Shown piece by piece: positions 1 to 10,790 of a stretch of DNA of 64,000 bases; the stretch's first letter is position 1, and each line of letters opens with the position of its first letter. The translations under genes and the position numbers were made by a program. The stretch is from positions 1,344,517 through 1,408,516 of the forward strand of contig NW_003314291.1 of assembly GCF_000143415.4 (NCBI RefSeq), given 5' to 3'. Under the pieces are notes generated by a model, which searched no databases, was not told the DNA's origin, and saw nothing but the letters and a program-made list of their open reading frames with translations. This DNA comes from Selaginella moellendorffii. Lineage: Eukaryota > Plantae > Lycopodiophyta.

Positions 1-3000
1 AAGTGGAGCGTGGTCAGCTTGCTTGGCGTTGATATGGATAGTAGCCTCTACCAGCTCTGATGACTCTTGCAGGCAAGTAGAGTCCACTGGCAGATCCATA
101 TGCATGTCCAAATATCTCCCTTCGATTGAGATGGTATCCTCCCTACTGGCTACTAAAAACAAACTCATTAGCACATTGAATCGACTATACTGTATTTACC
201 ATCAACTGCTATTGAGGAATTAGGACCGATATCACTTGGGCGCACTGCTGATTCTGAAGGATTGGACATACGTTTCGACCCTTGCTTGGCACTATCCTTC
301 CTCGACACTAAAGGCTAGAGTTTGTATCTTAATTCAACTGAATAATCTCTACTTACCATTTCTTCTGCGACCTACATGGACAATGTTAGAAATGGTAAAA
401 GGTTAGGAATGGATGTACTATTATTTACCTGATGGTTTGTCTTGTATGACCTTCCTCCGCTGCTCTTTGGCCACCTCAGGCTGGCCATCGTCGTCATCAT
501 CATCATCGTCGTTATTGTGATCGTCACCATTGTGAGGACCATCCAAGTCCTCTTCGTCCTCCTCTTCTTCGTCCTCCTCTTCTTTGTCCTCTTCTTCGTC
601 CTTCTGCTCTTCCTGCTCATTATCTTTCTCTGGCTCCTCATCCCCCTCCTGCATTTCTTCCATAGGCTGCTCAGGCTGGATGGCTTGTTTTTCCAGGACC
701 ATCTTGGGAAAATCATCTGCCCGAGTCTCCATCTCAAAATACAAGACATCCATAGCCTGTTTCAGTGCTTGACCTAGGACCGTATCCTCACCCGACTGTC
801 TTAACATGGTTTCTGCACGTTCTTGCACCCTTCGAAGACGACGAGATGAGAAAAACGTGGCCCTAACTTGAAAAGCATCCCTCATCCATTGTACCTCTCC
901 ATTGAGATTGGGGAAGGGGAGTCCGCCATAGGAATCTGAGTCAGGAGGTGGTGACTGGCTCCTTTCACTCAGCCCTTGATCTGCAATGAATGGCATGAGC
1001 ACATACGCCATAACCGCGAGGCATTACCTATCATCTTTTCGTTGCCCTTCTTCCTTTTCGAATCAAACGCCTCTGATCCCAACGACTGTCCAACGTGCTT
1101 TCGCTTTTTATGACCACTGTCAGTTTGAGCTTGGTTGGTGCTTGCCTGTTTTGCCTTTGAAGAAGTGTCTCCTGCAAGGAATGCCATGAGACCATATGCC
1201 ATTGCAAATATAATTTGTACCTCCTTTTTTCCTATTGCTTGTCTGTTTGTCCTTCTTCGACGTGCCACCAGTGCGCTTTTCAGTCCTCGTGTCTGAATAT
1301 TCACAACGATCTATAATCAAAATGGCGTGAGGCCTCACGTGACCTTACCTTGTGCAGGTTGTGAGCTCGGCCTAACATCAGTAGCTGTTAACGCCGTTTC
1401 AGCATCTGGGGGTGGCCATGCTCCTGCATACAGAGCTTGTGAGATAACATTTAAACTTAAAGTGCGTACTTACCAAAATCGCAGAGAAGATACTGTTTTT
1501 CTTTGGCAACTGTAATTATATGCTCCATTGAAGTCACCTCTTCAATGGAGTTTGTCACTGCAACACACGGGACACCCTTGAGTAGTGCGGCTCGAAAGAA
1601 TAGTCCGCCGCAGTTGTACTCGACAACGCATTTGCCCTTGGTGTCACCCGCTATTGCGTTGAAGACCCAGCTGAGCATTTCCCATGCTGCACCTGGAGCT
1701 TTCTTTGGATTCGAAAGCTCCATAGCCGTCTTCAGTTCCTCAGGCACGGGTAAATTGACCTCCCTCAGATCAATTTGATCGGCCTTGTCGAACGAAGCTG
1801 GGAAGTCACTCCAGTCCCACTCTGCTGCAGGACCAATAACAAGGGCGAGTGTGAAGATGTGGACATTCGTCGGTATCTTCTTCTTAGCCATTATCCCATG
1901 GATCTCCCGCATCTCCTTGCCTTTCAACCGAGCCTTCACCTCATTCAAGGCCTTCCAGAACTTGTGATAGGATTCGGAGTCGTAGATCATATAGTGGACT
2001 GAAGATTCCACCTCCGCAAGTCCCACCATTAAGTCAATGATGGAGCTGACTTCGTCTGCATGAGTGATCTCTTCGTTTGTGAAGTCCATCACACAAAAGA
2101 TGCTCTTGACCTGCTCATCTCCGCGGGAAACGATGCTCCTCCACCTTTGATCCTCATCCGAATTCACGTATACCCGGTAAGGTTCTCGATAGGCCTCTGC
2201 TGCGGGGTCGAGCTGTTTCTGAAGCCGGCGGTCGACATCCCTTTTAATGAAATTTGGATACTGATCCAACTTCTCAGCTTTACTTTTCGTGGCATCTCGC
2301 AGTAGATCGATGAACTTGGGGGCCCCCTTCACGTACTCGTCGATGTCTTCATTTGACAAGTCCAGCTCTTCCATCATCTCTTGCGTGGTGTCGATGCTCA
2401 CCCTCTCCACGGCCACTTGCTCAAAGATCCAATCCTTCAATAGCGCACGAGCTCTCAGAGTCGTGCACAAGTCCTCGTATGTCACAATATGGCCGGGAGT
2501 CATTTTGGTCTTGTTGAAGATTACCTCACCACGTAGAAGAGCATTAGCCACTGTCAGAAGGTCGTCGTCGTCTAGAGACCGCGAGAAACGCAAGGCGTTA
2601 AGCTTCAAATCATTGGGCTTCCGGCCGTCCTCCACACCCATTGAGTTTAGCAACTCCCCGTCATGGTACCTCCTCAGCACATCTACCCATTTGTCAAAAA
2701 TAACTTTTGTTGCGAGTAGAATGTTATGGATGCTGAGTGTGTCATTGACCCCCAGTGTTTTCGAGAGAAGACTCGAGAATTCCTGCAATGGAAATGGCAT
2801 GAGGCTACATGCTATGCCACATGCAACGAGGCTTACTTGCCAGGCGCTAGTTGCTAGTGCACGTCCTTGTCCTGGTTTTTGTGGCTTCTTCAGTTGAACC
2901 CAGAGCTTCCGTGTTCGTGCCAATGTCTCGTGCAGACCCGATTTGTAGCACGTTTCTTGCTTGACATTCTGCGCGTGGGAGATGGATATGATAGATCGGA

Positions 3001-4257
3001 GGGGCGAGTTGCCTTTTATCAGGCGGACAACTCTTGTCTTGAAGACTTTCTTCACCTCCTCGCCCACCATAATATCCACAACTATCTCTTGCATCGCCAA
3101 GCTAGAATGCTGCCCGGAGACGGCATAGAACCGGATGTTCTGATCGTCCAACACCTTCCTATTGATCAAATTTGGAAACCTCGTCTCGCCCTTCATTGTT
3201 TGGTAGTAGGGGATCACGTCTGCGATGTCAGGTGTTACTGGACTTGCCAGCATCTTCTGCTTCAGTTTCTCCACCCACTCATCAGATACTAGCCTGTGGT
3301 TGTATTTGCTTTGGATGTCGATACGGCTCACGTCGATTGTATATACTTTGTTGGAATAGTAACAAGTACTATTATCTACAACGATTTTTGCTGCCTCTTC
3401 TTGCTCTTTCTGCTCTTTGCGGCTCTTCTTTTTGGTGGGTGTAGTGTTCGAACCCGAGGCAATGGCATCACCGAGTAGCTTCTTTTTTGGAGCAGCAGAG
3501 TCGGACGTCGGCTTGAGCTTGACCACCCTTTTCAGCTTCGGGGTAGTTTCCAGATCGACCCCCTTCCCCTTCGCTTCGCGAACTGGAGGCACTCTCAACG
3601 GCTCAATGTTGGAATATAGTTTTTGAACATCGCCGTAGGTGAGGTCCGTGGATTCCATGTGATCTTCATAGACCCGCAGCGTCTTTGAAATTGTGGGCCT
3701 CCTGGACAACCTCTCCCTAGCTCCCTCTAGGAATTCCTCATAGCCGCTGCCCCCCTCCGGGAAGCCGCTAGGATGTGCAAGGTGGATTTTGAAGGCGGAT
3801 GCTGTCTCTACCACAAGTGCCAGTCCATATTCTTGCATGGAACTGCATGGAGTGTCTGTCACTTGGATGAGGATCCCCATGCATTCTTTTCTCCCACCAT
3901 CTGTGTTGTACAGCATCAGATCCTCGCCTTCCATCCCGAAAGTCCAACTGGTGAGCTCCTCCCCCTTCTCTGCATCCACATTGACAGTGGCTGGAAGAAG
4001 AACGCAATTCCTCGCCTGTTCAGAAATGCACAACAATTAGAGCTGACAGATGAAAAGCTAGCAGCTGGAAATAACGTGAGGCCACACGCCATTCACCACT
4101 GCATCAGATGTCTTGAGGCTGCATCCTAAGATGGCGTGAGGCTACACGCCATCTATAACCGGACTGCACTCGAGAGCCCAATCGGTGCATGCCAATGTTG
4201 CTACTGAATGGCATGTGGCCTCATGCCATTTTCTACTTGGCCTAAAAGACTTACCAT
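1..4257 (-). CDS. Multi-exon transposon-associated gene: ParB/Srx-like domain + degenerate N6/N4 DNA-methyltransferase-like fold + long low-complexity/acidic tail; runs off the left edge
   Basis: Hand-spliced model, open throughout. ATG 4255-4257, then GT-AG introns at 4016-4254, 2783-2836, 1424-1473, 1293-1348, 1172-1220, 981-1027, 372-428, 308-356 and 153-199. This joins ORFs 1457-4036, 1120-1338, 969-1304 and 421-1011 in frame (about 1200 aa in window). Motifs: IDVSRIDI..YNHRLVSDEWVEKLK..YAVSGQHSSLAM..ISHAQN (ParB-like) and NPKK..GKCVVEYNCGG..RAALLKGVPCVAV (MTase motif X/I/II-like). Confidence 0.8.
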
Positions 4258-4469
4258 TTGAAGCCGAATGGAGGCTGTGACAATCGAGGCCGGACTCGCT
4301 GGCGAATGTGCACTGTGTGTGCAGCGGATCGTAGCAGCAAGGCTACTCTGCCACTTACAGTTGGAGAGTGGCGCTGAAATCTCCCGGGACGCCAAGTGGG
4401 CTGCGTGTGGGTGGCGGAGTGGGCGGCGAAGTTGGCGGCGAAGTTACAAACTGGGTGTGTCTTGAAGTG

Positions 4470-4680
4470 GACGCCGATGCACACGAGCGCGATGCGAGCG
4501 CGAGTGTGATGCAAGCGCGAGTGGACGCCAATGCACACGAGAAACCTGTAGAGAAGTGAGTGTGATCGCGAGTGGGAGCGCGATGCGAGCGGGAGCGCGA
4601 GTGTGATGCGAGCGCGAGCGCGAGTGTGCGAGCGCGAGTACGAAGCAAAATGCAAAACCTAACCTCACACGCGCGAAATG
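4470..4680. repeat. CpG-rich GCGAGCGCGA/GTGTGATGC degenerate tandem array upstream of the ParB-like gene
   Basis: Repeated gagcgcgatgcgagcgcgagtgtgatgc units. Confidence 0.8.
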
Positions 4681-4954
4681 TCACAACGGTTGGTAATCCC
4701 GCCACGTCATCATTCCTCGGACTTGGGCGCCACCATTAATTTCTGGATTGCCGTGCGCATGCAAGCACGCAAAATCCAAAAGAAATCCGCAACGTCATCA
4801 TTCCTCGGACTGCATGCACGCGAAATCCAAAAGAAAGATCATGATTGGGATATCATTTAATACCCTCGCTATATTTATACCATGCATGATTGGATATTCC
4901 AAAGCATCTTGTATTTCCAAAAATGGCAGATGTTCAGCTAAATAAAGAAATTCT

Positions 4955-6313
4955 ATCTGTTTCTATTTTTCTCTCAAATCAATATTATAGCGTGTGGGCT
5001 CATGCAATTTTGAACCAAAGAAACCCAAAAAACGTTGGACCCAAAATATTTTGAAAAAACCCAAAAAACCCTAAACATTTTAAACCCAAAAATCCAAGCG
5101 TCCTGTGGCGTTATTCCTTGAATGGCGTGTGGGCGCATGCCATTTTCAGGGCCAAATGCTGAATGGAGAAAAATTCCCTTTCAGTGCAAATGCTGCAAGA
5201 GGCAGATGCCGAGCACAAAGGACTGTAACTACCTCACATGACACAGATAAACTTTTCTCTATTTGGGAAAGATAAACTTTATAGCGTGTGGGCTCATGCA
5301 ATTTTGAACCCAAAAAATGCACCAAAAAATTCTCGGCGTCATCTGGCGTTATCTCTTGAATGGTGTGGGGCCGCATGCCATTTTCAGGGGCACATAGGAG
5401 TATATTCCTAGGATATTCTGACACGCGCGAGAGTTTTTTGAGTTTTCTGGAGATCCAACCGTTAGATCGCAACTAGATTTTACAGAATGGTATACAATGT
5501 CTTTCTTGATGACCCTGCAAAGAAGCATCTCGATCGGACACCACATGAGACCACACGAGCCTTACAATGTTTCAGGGGCATTTGCCATTGATCCGACCGT
5601 TATTTTACTCCAAGATTTTATAGTTTGGTGTGCATTGACCTTTCCATCGACACTGCAAAGGGACATCACAATCAGATGCGGGATCACAAGAAACTAACTT
5701 CACTAACTCTGGTTTCACCAAGATCTATGTAAGGAGTTATAAAATGAAAGGACCCTCTCTATTGAAATGTGTTTATGGTCCTAGGGGCATTGTGACATAT
5801 CAAAGGATTTTGCATCAAGTTCTGTATTTGCATGTTTATCAAGCTACTGAATTGCTAAACCCTAAACCCTAAACCCTAAACATGTGGCAAATGCTGCGTG
5901 AAGAAAGATGCCCTTTCTGGGCAAATGCTGTAAGAGGCAGATGCCGAGCAAATGTATCTCAGGCTAGCGAAGGGGACAAACGAAAGCTAGCTATAAACAT
6001 GACGGGATGCAAATAGATTACTAGGCTGGTCCTGCGAAAATCAAAAACCATAATTGAAAACATTGAAAATGCAAAAAGAAAGGTTTATAATATTTTTGAA
6101 TTTTAAGCAACCAAAAAAATGTAAGTAGGGCATGTGTTTGTAAGTTTAAAAATGCCTCAACCACTTAAATTCCCAAGTAAATAAAGCTGTTTCTATTTTT
6201 GGTACAGATAAACTTTATAGCGTGTGGGCTCATGCAATTTTGAACCCAAAAATGCACCAAAAAATGCTCAACTAGCATTATTCTTTGAATGGCGTGTGGC
6301 CTTATATTGCCAT
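4955..6313 (+). repeat. Three copies of a 110-170 bp intergenic unit, each with two palindromes
   Basis: tatagcgtgtgggctcatgcaattttgaacc...ttgaatggygtg recurs at about 4985-5150, 5280-5390 and 6215-6310. Confidence 0.85.
5855..5881 (+). repeat. Interstitial plant telomere repeat (CCCTAAA)x3-4 / telo-box cluster
   Basis: ctaaaccctaaaccctaaaccctaaac. Confidence 0.85.
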
Positions 6314-6689
6314 AAATGGACGTACACACACAGCATAATTATTCCTTTACACAGCGAATAATCTTGGCGCGGATCACTGACATGGCATGGCAAAGTTCGA
6401 ATCACTGACATGGCACAGCTGGATCGAGGCAAGGACATGATGTGACAAAGTTCAACCTCCGACAACAAAGTCTAGAAGCTACTCAGTTTGAAATTTGTCA
6501 GAGGAGTCATAAGATCTGGTTTGTCAGAGGATTTGATGTGACATTCAAGCGTGTGTTATTTTTGAATTCTCGAACTCATTCCTAGGTCTATCATTTTTGT
6601 GCGCCGTGTTCTTGGTTCCACTGAGCGCAGTGAGCGCTACTTGTGTAAGCGGCGTTGTGGGCTGTGGTTTATGCATCTACGAGCGGTTG

Positions 6690-6812
6690 CGGCATTGCGA
6701 GCGCCATTGCGAGCGGCAGTTTATGCGAGTGGCAGTTTGTGCGAGCGGCGCTACGAGCAGTTGCGGTGTTGCGAGCGGCGCTACGAGTAGTTGCGGTGTT
6801 GCGAGCGGCACT
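6690..6812 (+). repeat. CpG-rich 30-bp tandem repeat upstream of the transposase
   Basis: gcgagcggcgctacgagcagttgcggtgtt x2+ with degenerate flanking units. Confidence 0.8.
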
Positions 6813-7175
6813 GTCTTTGGTGTGGCTACCGCTTCCTCTTGATATTCGGCACTTGTGCTTCCTGGTATGTTCACCATGGAATGGCTTAGGACCACATTTA
6901 GAAATGGCATGAGGCCTCATGCCATCTTGGGCCCTTGCAATTTCATGGCTAGCGTATTGTCATGTATGTTTTTACTTGCCTGCAGCTGTGTGTATATCAA
7001 GATGGCATGAGGCCTCATGCCAATTTTGTGAATGCAAAATTTCACGTGGGTGTCAATAGCATGTTTGAATAATGGCATGTGGCCTCATGCTATTGAGGTT
7101 GTTTGATATGTTATGATTTAGGCCATTCTCCAATCATTTTTTGTATGGTCTTAACTTCTTTTCTGCACTTTCAGA

Positions 7176-10100
7176 ATGGCCTTCAGGGTTGGGGAAAAGG
7201 TTTACATTTTGAATGGTGGGAAGAGAGTTGCAAAAGGGACCCTTGTGTCTATGGATCGGAACTTTGTTATACACTGTCAAAGGCTTGGGGAAGGCAATGC
7301 TGCTGTATCAGTAGAGACTGTCTTCGATGGGAATGTGGTCGCTATTGAACGAGGAGAGATGGTCGTCGGGGTAAATGTTGTTGTTGCCTTGAAAAATCTT
7401 CAGAAGAAAGCAGATGTTGGGGACAGCGCAAGTGCGACGCATGTTCCCTCCGTGGATCTTAAGAACCGTGCTACATGGATTCAGGCGAAGGTGTTTCTAA
7501 ACAACCCCGAGGGGGAGGTGGTAGCTGAGGGCTTAGCCACAGTTGTCGATCCAAGAGATGCGGTTGCTAATCAAGAATTGGGCTGGGATGATATTGGAGT
7601 TGCGATTTTAGAGGTTGTTGACACAGAAGAAAACAGTCTGACTATTGGAAGCATTGTGCGGTGGAAATTGAGGCACTTAGTGTTTGAGAATGTGAAGGAT
7701 TCACAATCAAACACCACTACAACTGATGACAGAACATCTCTTCATGGGAAAAGAAAGTACACCTTCCTAAAGCGCAGCCAAAGGGATCTGAGCAACGAAC
7801 CGAAAAGGCAGAAAATGGCGATGGAGGTTCGAATGGTCTCGACAGTTGCTTGTTGCAAGAGGAGCTGCTGTCAACATGCTGATTGGGATGCTATTGAAGA
7901 GGAGAGAGCAAGATACAAGACATTGTCCTGGAAGGCAGCTCGCAATTTTGTGTATGAGGCATTACGGTCATCTGTTGATGCTTCAGAACATCAGGTGGGG
8001 GGCATGGTCTTCCAAAGGGGTTTGGTCTGCATGAAGGCATGGAGAATCATTTATGGAGTCCCTCGAACCACATTCTACAGAATCAAAACTGAGTTCGAGG
8101 AACAAAGGGTTCAACAGGCAATCCATGGGAACGACGGTACGCACAAAACCAGGGGTCATGTTGTATATGGAGAGGCAATCTTCAAGAGGTTTGTCGAAAC
8201 ATGTAGCGAGCAGCAACCACATAAAACCCGCCTCTTGGAAGATGGAACACGAGACACCCAACGAGTTTTCCCTTCCATGTATACCAAGGGGGCCATATTG
8301 GAAGATGTGAATCGGGAACTCCAGAGTAATGGCTACAGGAAGCTGAGCCAATCTAGATTTAGTAGATTGTGGAGCAACAGGTTCAGGGATGTGAGTATAG
8401 GAAAGTACTCCAGCTTTTCAAAGTGTGACGAGTGCACTGCTATCAAAATGGCTTTGTCGAAGAATTCTTGCAGCGCTCAAGAGCGAGAGACGTTGGTTAG
8501 AAGGCGGCTCGACCACAACATCGAGCAGAGAAGCTGCAGGACTGCATATTATCATAACAGGATTCTCTCTATGGAGAGACCTGACTCTTACCTCTGCATC
8601 ATCCACGACAAAATGGACCAGAAAAAGACGTGCTTACCTCGACTCAATCCTGCCCCCAAGGCAATCTCTTCATCCATGCAGCTGCCTGTGTCTCTGTTTG
8701 GCATAATCGCTCATGGGCATGGTGCCCAGAACTATGGGAACTTCTTTGTACCTCTATGGGGTGGCGGGGGTGCAAACATGATGATTGCGTCCCTAGCAAA
8801 ACACTTAAGGTCTCTGCAAAGTGCGCAGACTGAGCTGAACGGCCAACCCTTGCATAAGGCCCTTGTCGATCGAACCCCATACAAGGTTCAGCTGGAGGAG
8901 GAGCAAAGGCTTGCAATATCGTGTGGGGCCCCATGCCATCCCAGTGAATATGTTGGCCGTCAGATTGTAGGGTTATCACGTGAGGCCTCATGCCATTCCG
9001 ACGAGGCTGGTCGCCCGGTGAATGCACAGCCTCATCCAAACGAAGCAGAATCTCAAGGAAGTTCTTGCGGCCGATGTGGCCTTCCACCCCATCTTCTGCT
9101 CCAAACAGACAATGCTGGCAGTGAGAACAAAAACATGTACGTCTTCGCGTACTTGGCGATGCTTGTTGCCAAAGGCATATTTGAAACGGTTACACTTGGC
9201 TTTCTCATGGTTGGGCACACTCATGAAGACGTCGATGCCATGTTCAGTCACCTGGCAGAGTCCCTCCGGCGATCCAATGTCCTCACCCTCCCACAACTCT
9301 ACGATGAATTCCAAAATTGCATCAAAGGCACTGTTGAAGCTGCACTTCTGACAGAGGTTCCAGACTTTAAGGGGTTTGTAAGAGGCTACATCAGGGATGG
9401 ATCCGAAACGCTGATTGGCCACTCCAAGCCTTTTCAGTTTCATTTCAGCATGTGTGACGGTGCTCCAGTGATGAGGTACAAGATGAGAGAATGGGACACA
9501 GTGTGGCTGCCAGTGGACGGCATTGAACTCTTCAAGAGAGATCCCATAACTGGGGAACCTATGATTCCTCAGGGTTCCCCACGGCCGATGCACCCGGATG
9601 GACTCAAAGACCAGGAAAGTATAGTGGCCGGGATTAGACAGCATATTGCCTTCTGGAAGAGGGGGTTGGTGTTTGGTGGAGAATCCTATTTTCAGAGGTG
9701 CAAGCCTTTGCTCGAATACTGGGAGAAGATTATATCTGCTATCCAAAATGGGCCGGTTGTATATGAAGAATTGGAAGAGTCCTTTTGGCCAGAACCCAAA
9801 GCACCAGATAGTAGCGGAACAATGTCGTCTGGAAATGCAGTGACAGATAACGATGTTGAGGATCACTATTGTGGGCCGAGGAACAAGAAGCCGGATTCAG
9901 CATCCAATCCAGTACAGGTCTGCAAAGGAATGGTCGTGCTTGTCAGACCCAGTAATAAAAAACAAATGATATGGGTGGGGCGCTGCATCACTGATGCAGA
10001 GGAGGACGCGGAAACTAACTCCTTCAATGTAACTGTGGAGTGGTTCAAGCCAAGTTCCGGATATACGAAGGATTGCCTAGAAAAGAGATGGGTGCTGAAT

Positions 10101-10244
10101 CCAAGGGATCCCAGCATGAGCATATCGGTGGATAATGTTGTGCATGGTTGGATGCGGAAGCAGAGTGCCACCATCACCTTGCCAGACCATGCAAGAGATG
10201 CAGCAAGAGCATTCATAACCCGGGTTCAAAGTGAGATTCATTAA
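7176..10244 (+). CDS. Putative DDE/DDD transposase of Sola/DUF7869-like type, with two N-terminal Tnp1/En/Spm-like beta domains and a C-terminal SH3/BAH-like barrel
   Basis: Uninterrupted 1022-aa ORF. Motifs CCKRSCC, C.KAW..IYGV, KCDEC, CIIHDKMDQ, LLLQTDNAGSENKN and FLMVGHTHEDVDAMFS match the Sola-like catalytic core. The ATG is preceded by acceptor tttcag (7174), with a likely donor at 6865. Confidence 0.8.
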   Translation: MAFRVGEKVYILNGGKRVAKGTLVSMDRNFVIHCQRLGEGNAAVSVETVFDGNVVAIERGEMVVGVNVVVALKNLQKKADVGDSASATHVPSVDLKNRATWIQAKVFLNNPEGEVVAEGLATVVDPRDAVANQELGWDDIGVAILEVVDTEENSLTIGSIVRWKLRHLVFENVKDSQSNTTTTDDRTSLHGKRKYTFLKRSQRDLSNEPKRQKMAMEVRMVSTVACCKRSCCQHADWDAIEEERARYKTLSWKAARNFVYEALRSSVDASEHQVGGMVFQRGLVCMKAWRIIYGVPRTTFYRIKTEFEEQRVQQAIHGNDGTHKTRGHVVYGEAIFKRFVETCSEQQPHKTRLLEDGTRDTQRVFPSMYTKGAILEDVNRELQSNGYRKLSQSRFSRLWSNRFRDVSIGKYSSFSKCDECTAIKMALSKNSCSAQERETLVRRRLDHNIEQRSCRTAYYHNRILSMERPDSYLCIIHDKMDQKKTCLPRLNPAPKAISSSMQLPVSLFGIIAHGHGAQNYGNFFVPLWGGGGANMMIASLAKHLRSLQSAQTELNGQPLHKALVDRTPYKVQLEEEQRLAISCGAPCHPSEYVGRQIVGLSREASCHSDEAGRPVNAQPHPNEAESQGSSCGRCGLPPHLLLQTDNAGSENKNMYVFAYLAMLVAKGIFETVTLGFLMVGHTHEDVDAMFSHLAESLRRSNVLTLPQLYDEFQNCIKGTVEAALLTEVPDFKGFVRGYIRDGSETLIGHSKPFQFHFSMCDGAPVMRYKMREWDTVWLPVDGIELFKRDPITGEPMIPQGSPRPMHPDGLKDQESIVAGIRQHIAFWKRGLVFGGESYFQRCKPLLEYWEKIISAIQNGPVVYEELEESFWPEPKAPDSSGTMSSGNAVTDNDVEDHYCGPRNKKPDSASNPVQVCKGMVVLVRPSNKKQMIWVGRCITDAEEDAETNSFNVTVEWFKPSSGYTKDCLEKRWVLNPRDPSMSISVDNVVHGWMRKQSATITLPDHARDAARAFITRVQSEIH

Positions 10245-10532
10245 TATTCCTTTACTAAGTTTCTAATGTATTTTATTTCAAGGTGAACAATCCGAATCTG
10301 AATTAGAGGAGGCCTGATATAGTGTGTGAGGTAAAACAAAGATGATGTGACATATGCATTTACCAATCACACGTGCATAAATCTAATAATATGGCGTGTG
10401 GCCCATATTAATGGCACATAAACCCATATTGTGGGCTTACGTACTTTATGTACCATCATTCCCTTGCAGCGTGTGTGTTGGTTTCCTTTTATAACACAAC
10501 GAACTCCATATTTTAGGGTGAAGAGCGTTCTC

Positions 10533-10790
10533 ATGGCAAGCACAAAATCTGTAAGTGAGGCAGAAAAGGAGACGGAGAAGGAGATAGGTGAAGATGTAGA
10601 ATATATAAGTCTTCCAAACTCCCCGTACTATACTCCAGGTGATCATTTTTCTGAACAAACGGCAATATTAACAACTATCGAGAACGCCCCAGTAACGTCA
10701 GAGACAACAATCCAAAGCAAAACAACTGACCCGGAGAAGGATGATAGTACCGCTGAGAGTACCAAAAAGGAGGTGTCCACTAGCGCTTAG
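10533..10790 (+). CDS. Possible small acidic/Thr-rich ORF (85 aa) downstream of the transposase
   Basis: ATG at 10533 follows a possible acceptor (ttttag, about 10516). The ORF is flanked by palindromes at 10391 and 10798. No recognisable domain. Confidence 0.3.
   Translation: MASTKSVSEAEKETEKEIGEDVEYISLPNSPYYTPGDHFSEQTAILTTIENAPVTSETTIQSKTTDPEKDDSTAESTKKEVSTSA

Noticed and set aside
442-777. Hydrophobic 111-aa membrane-protein ORF
   Set aside because: Antisense shadow of the D/E-rich exon.
8988-9866. 292-aa antisense ORF and other ORFs overlapping the transposase, ParB gene and kinase
   Set aside because: No motifs; typical shadow ORFs of long coding regions.
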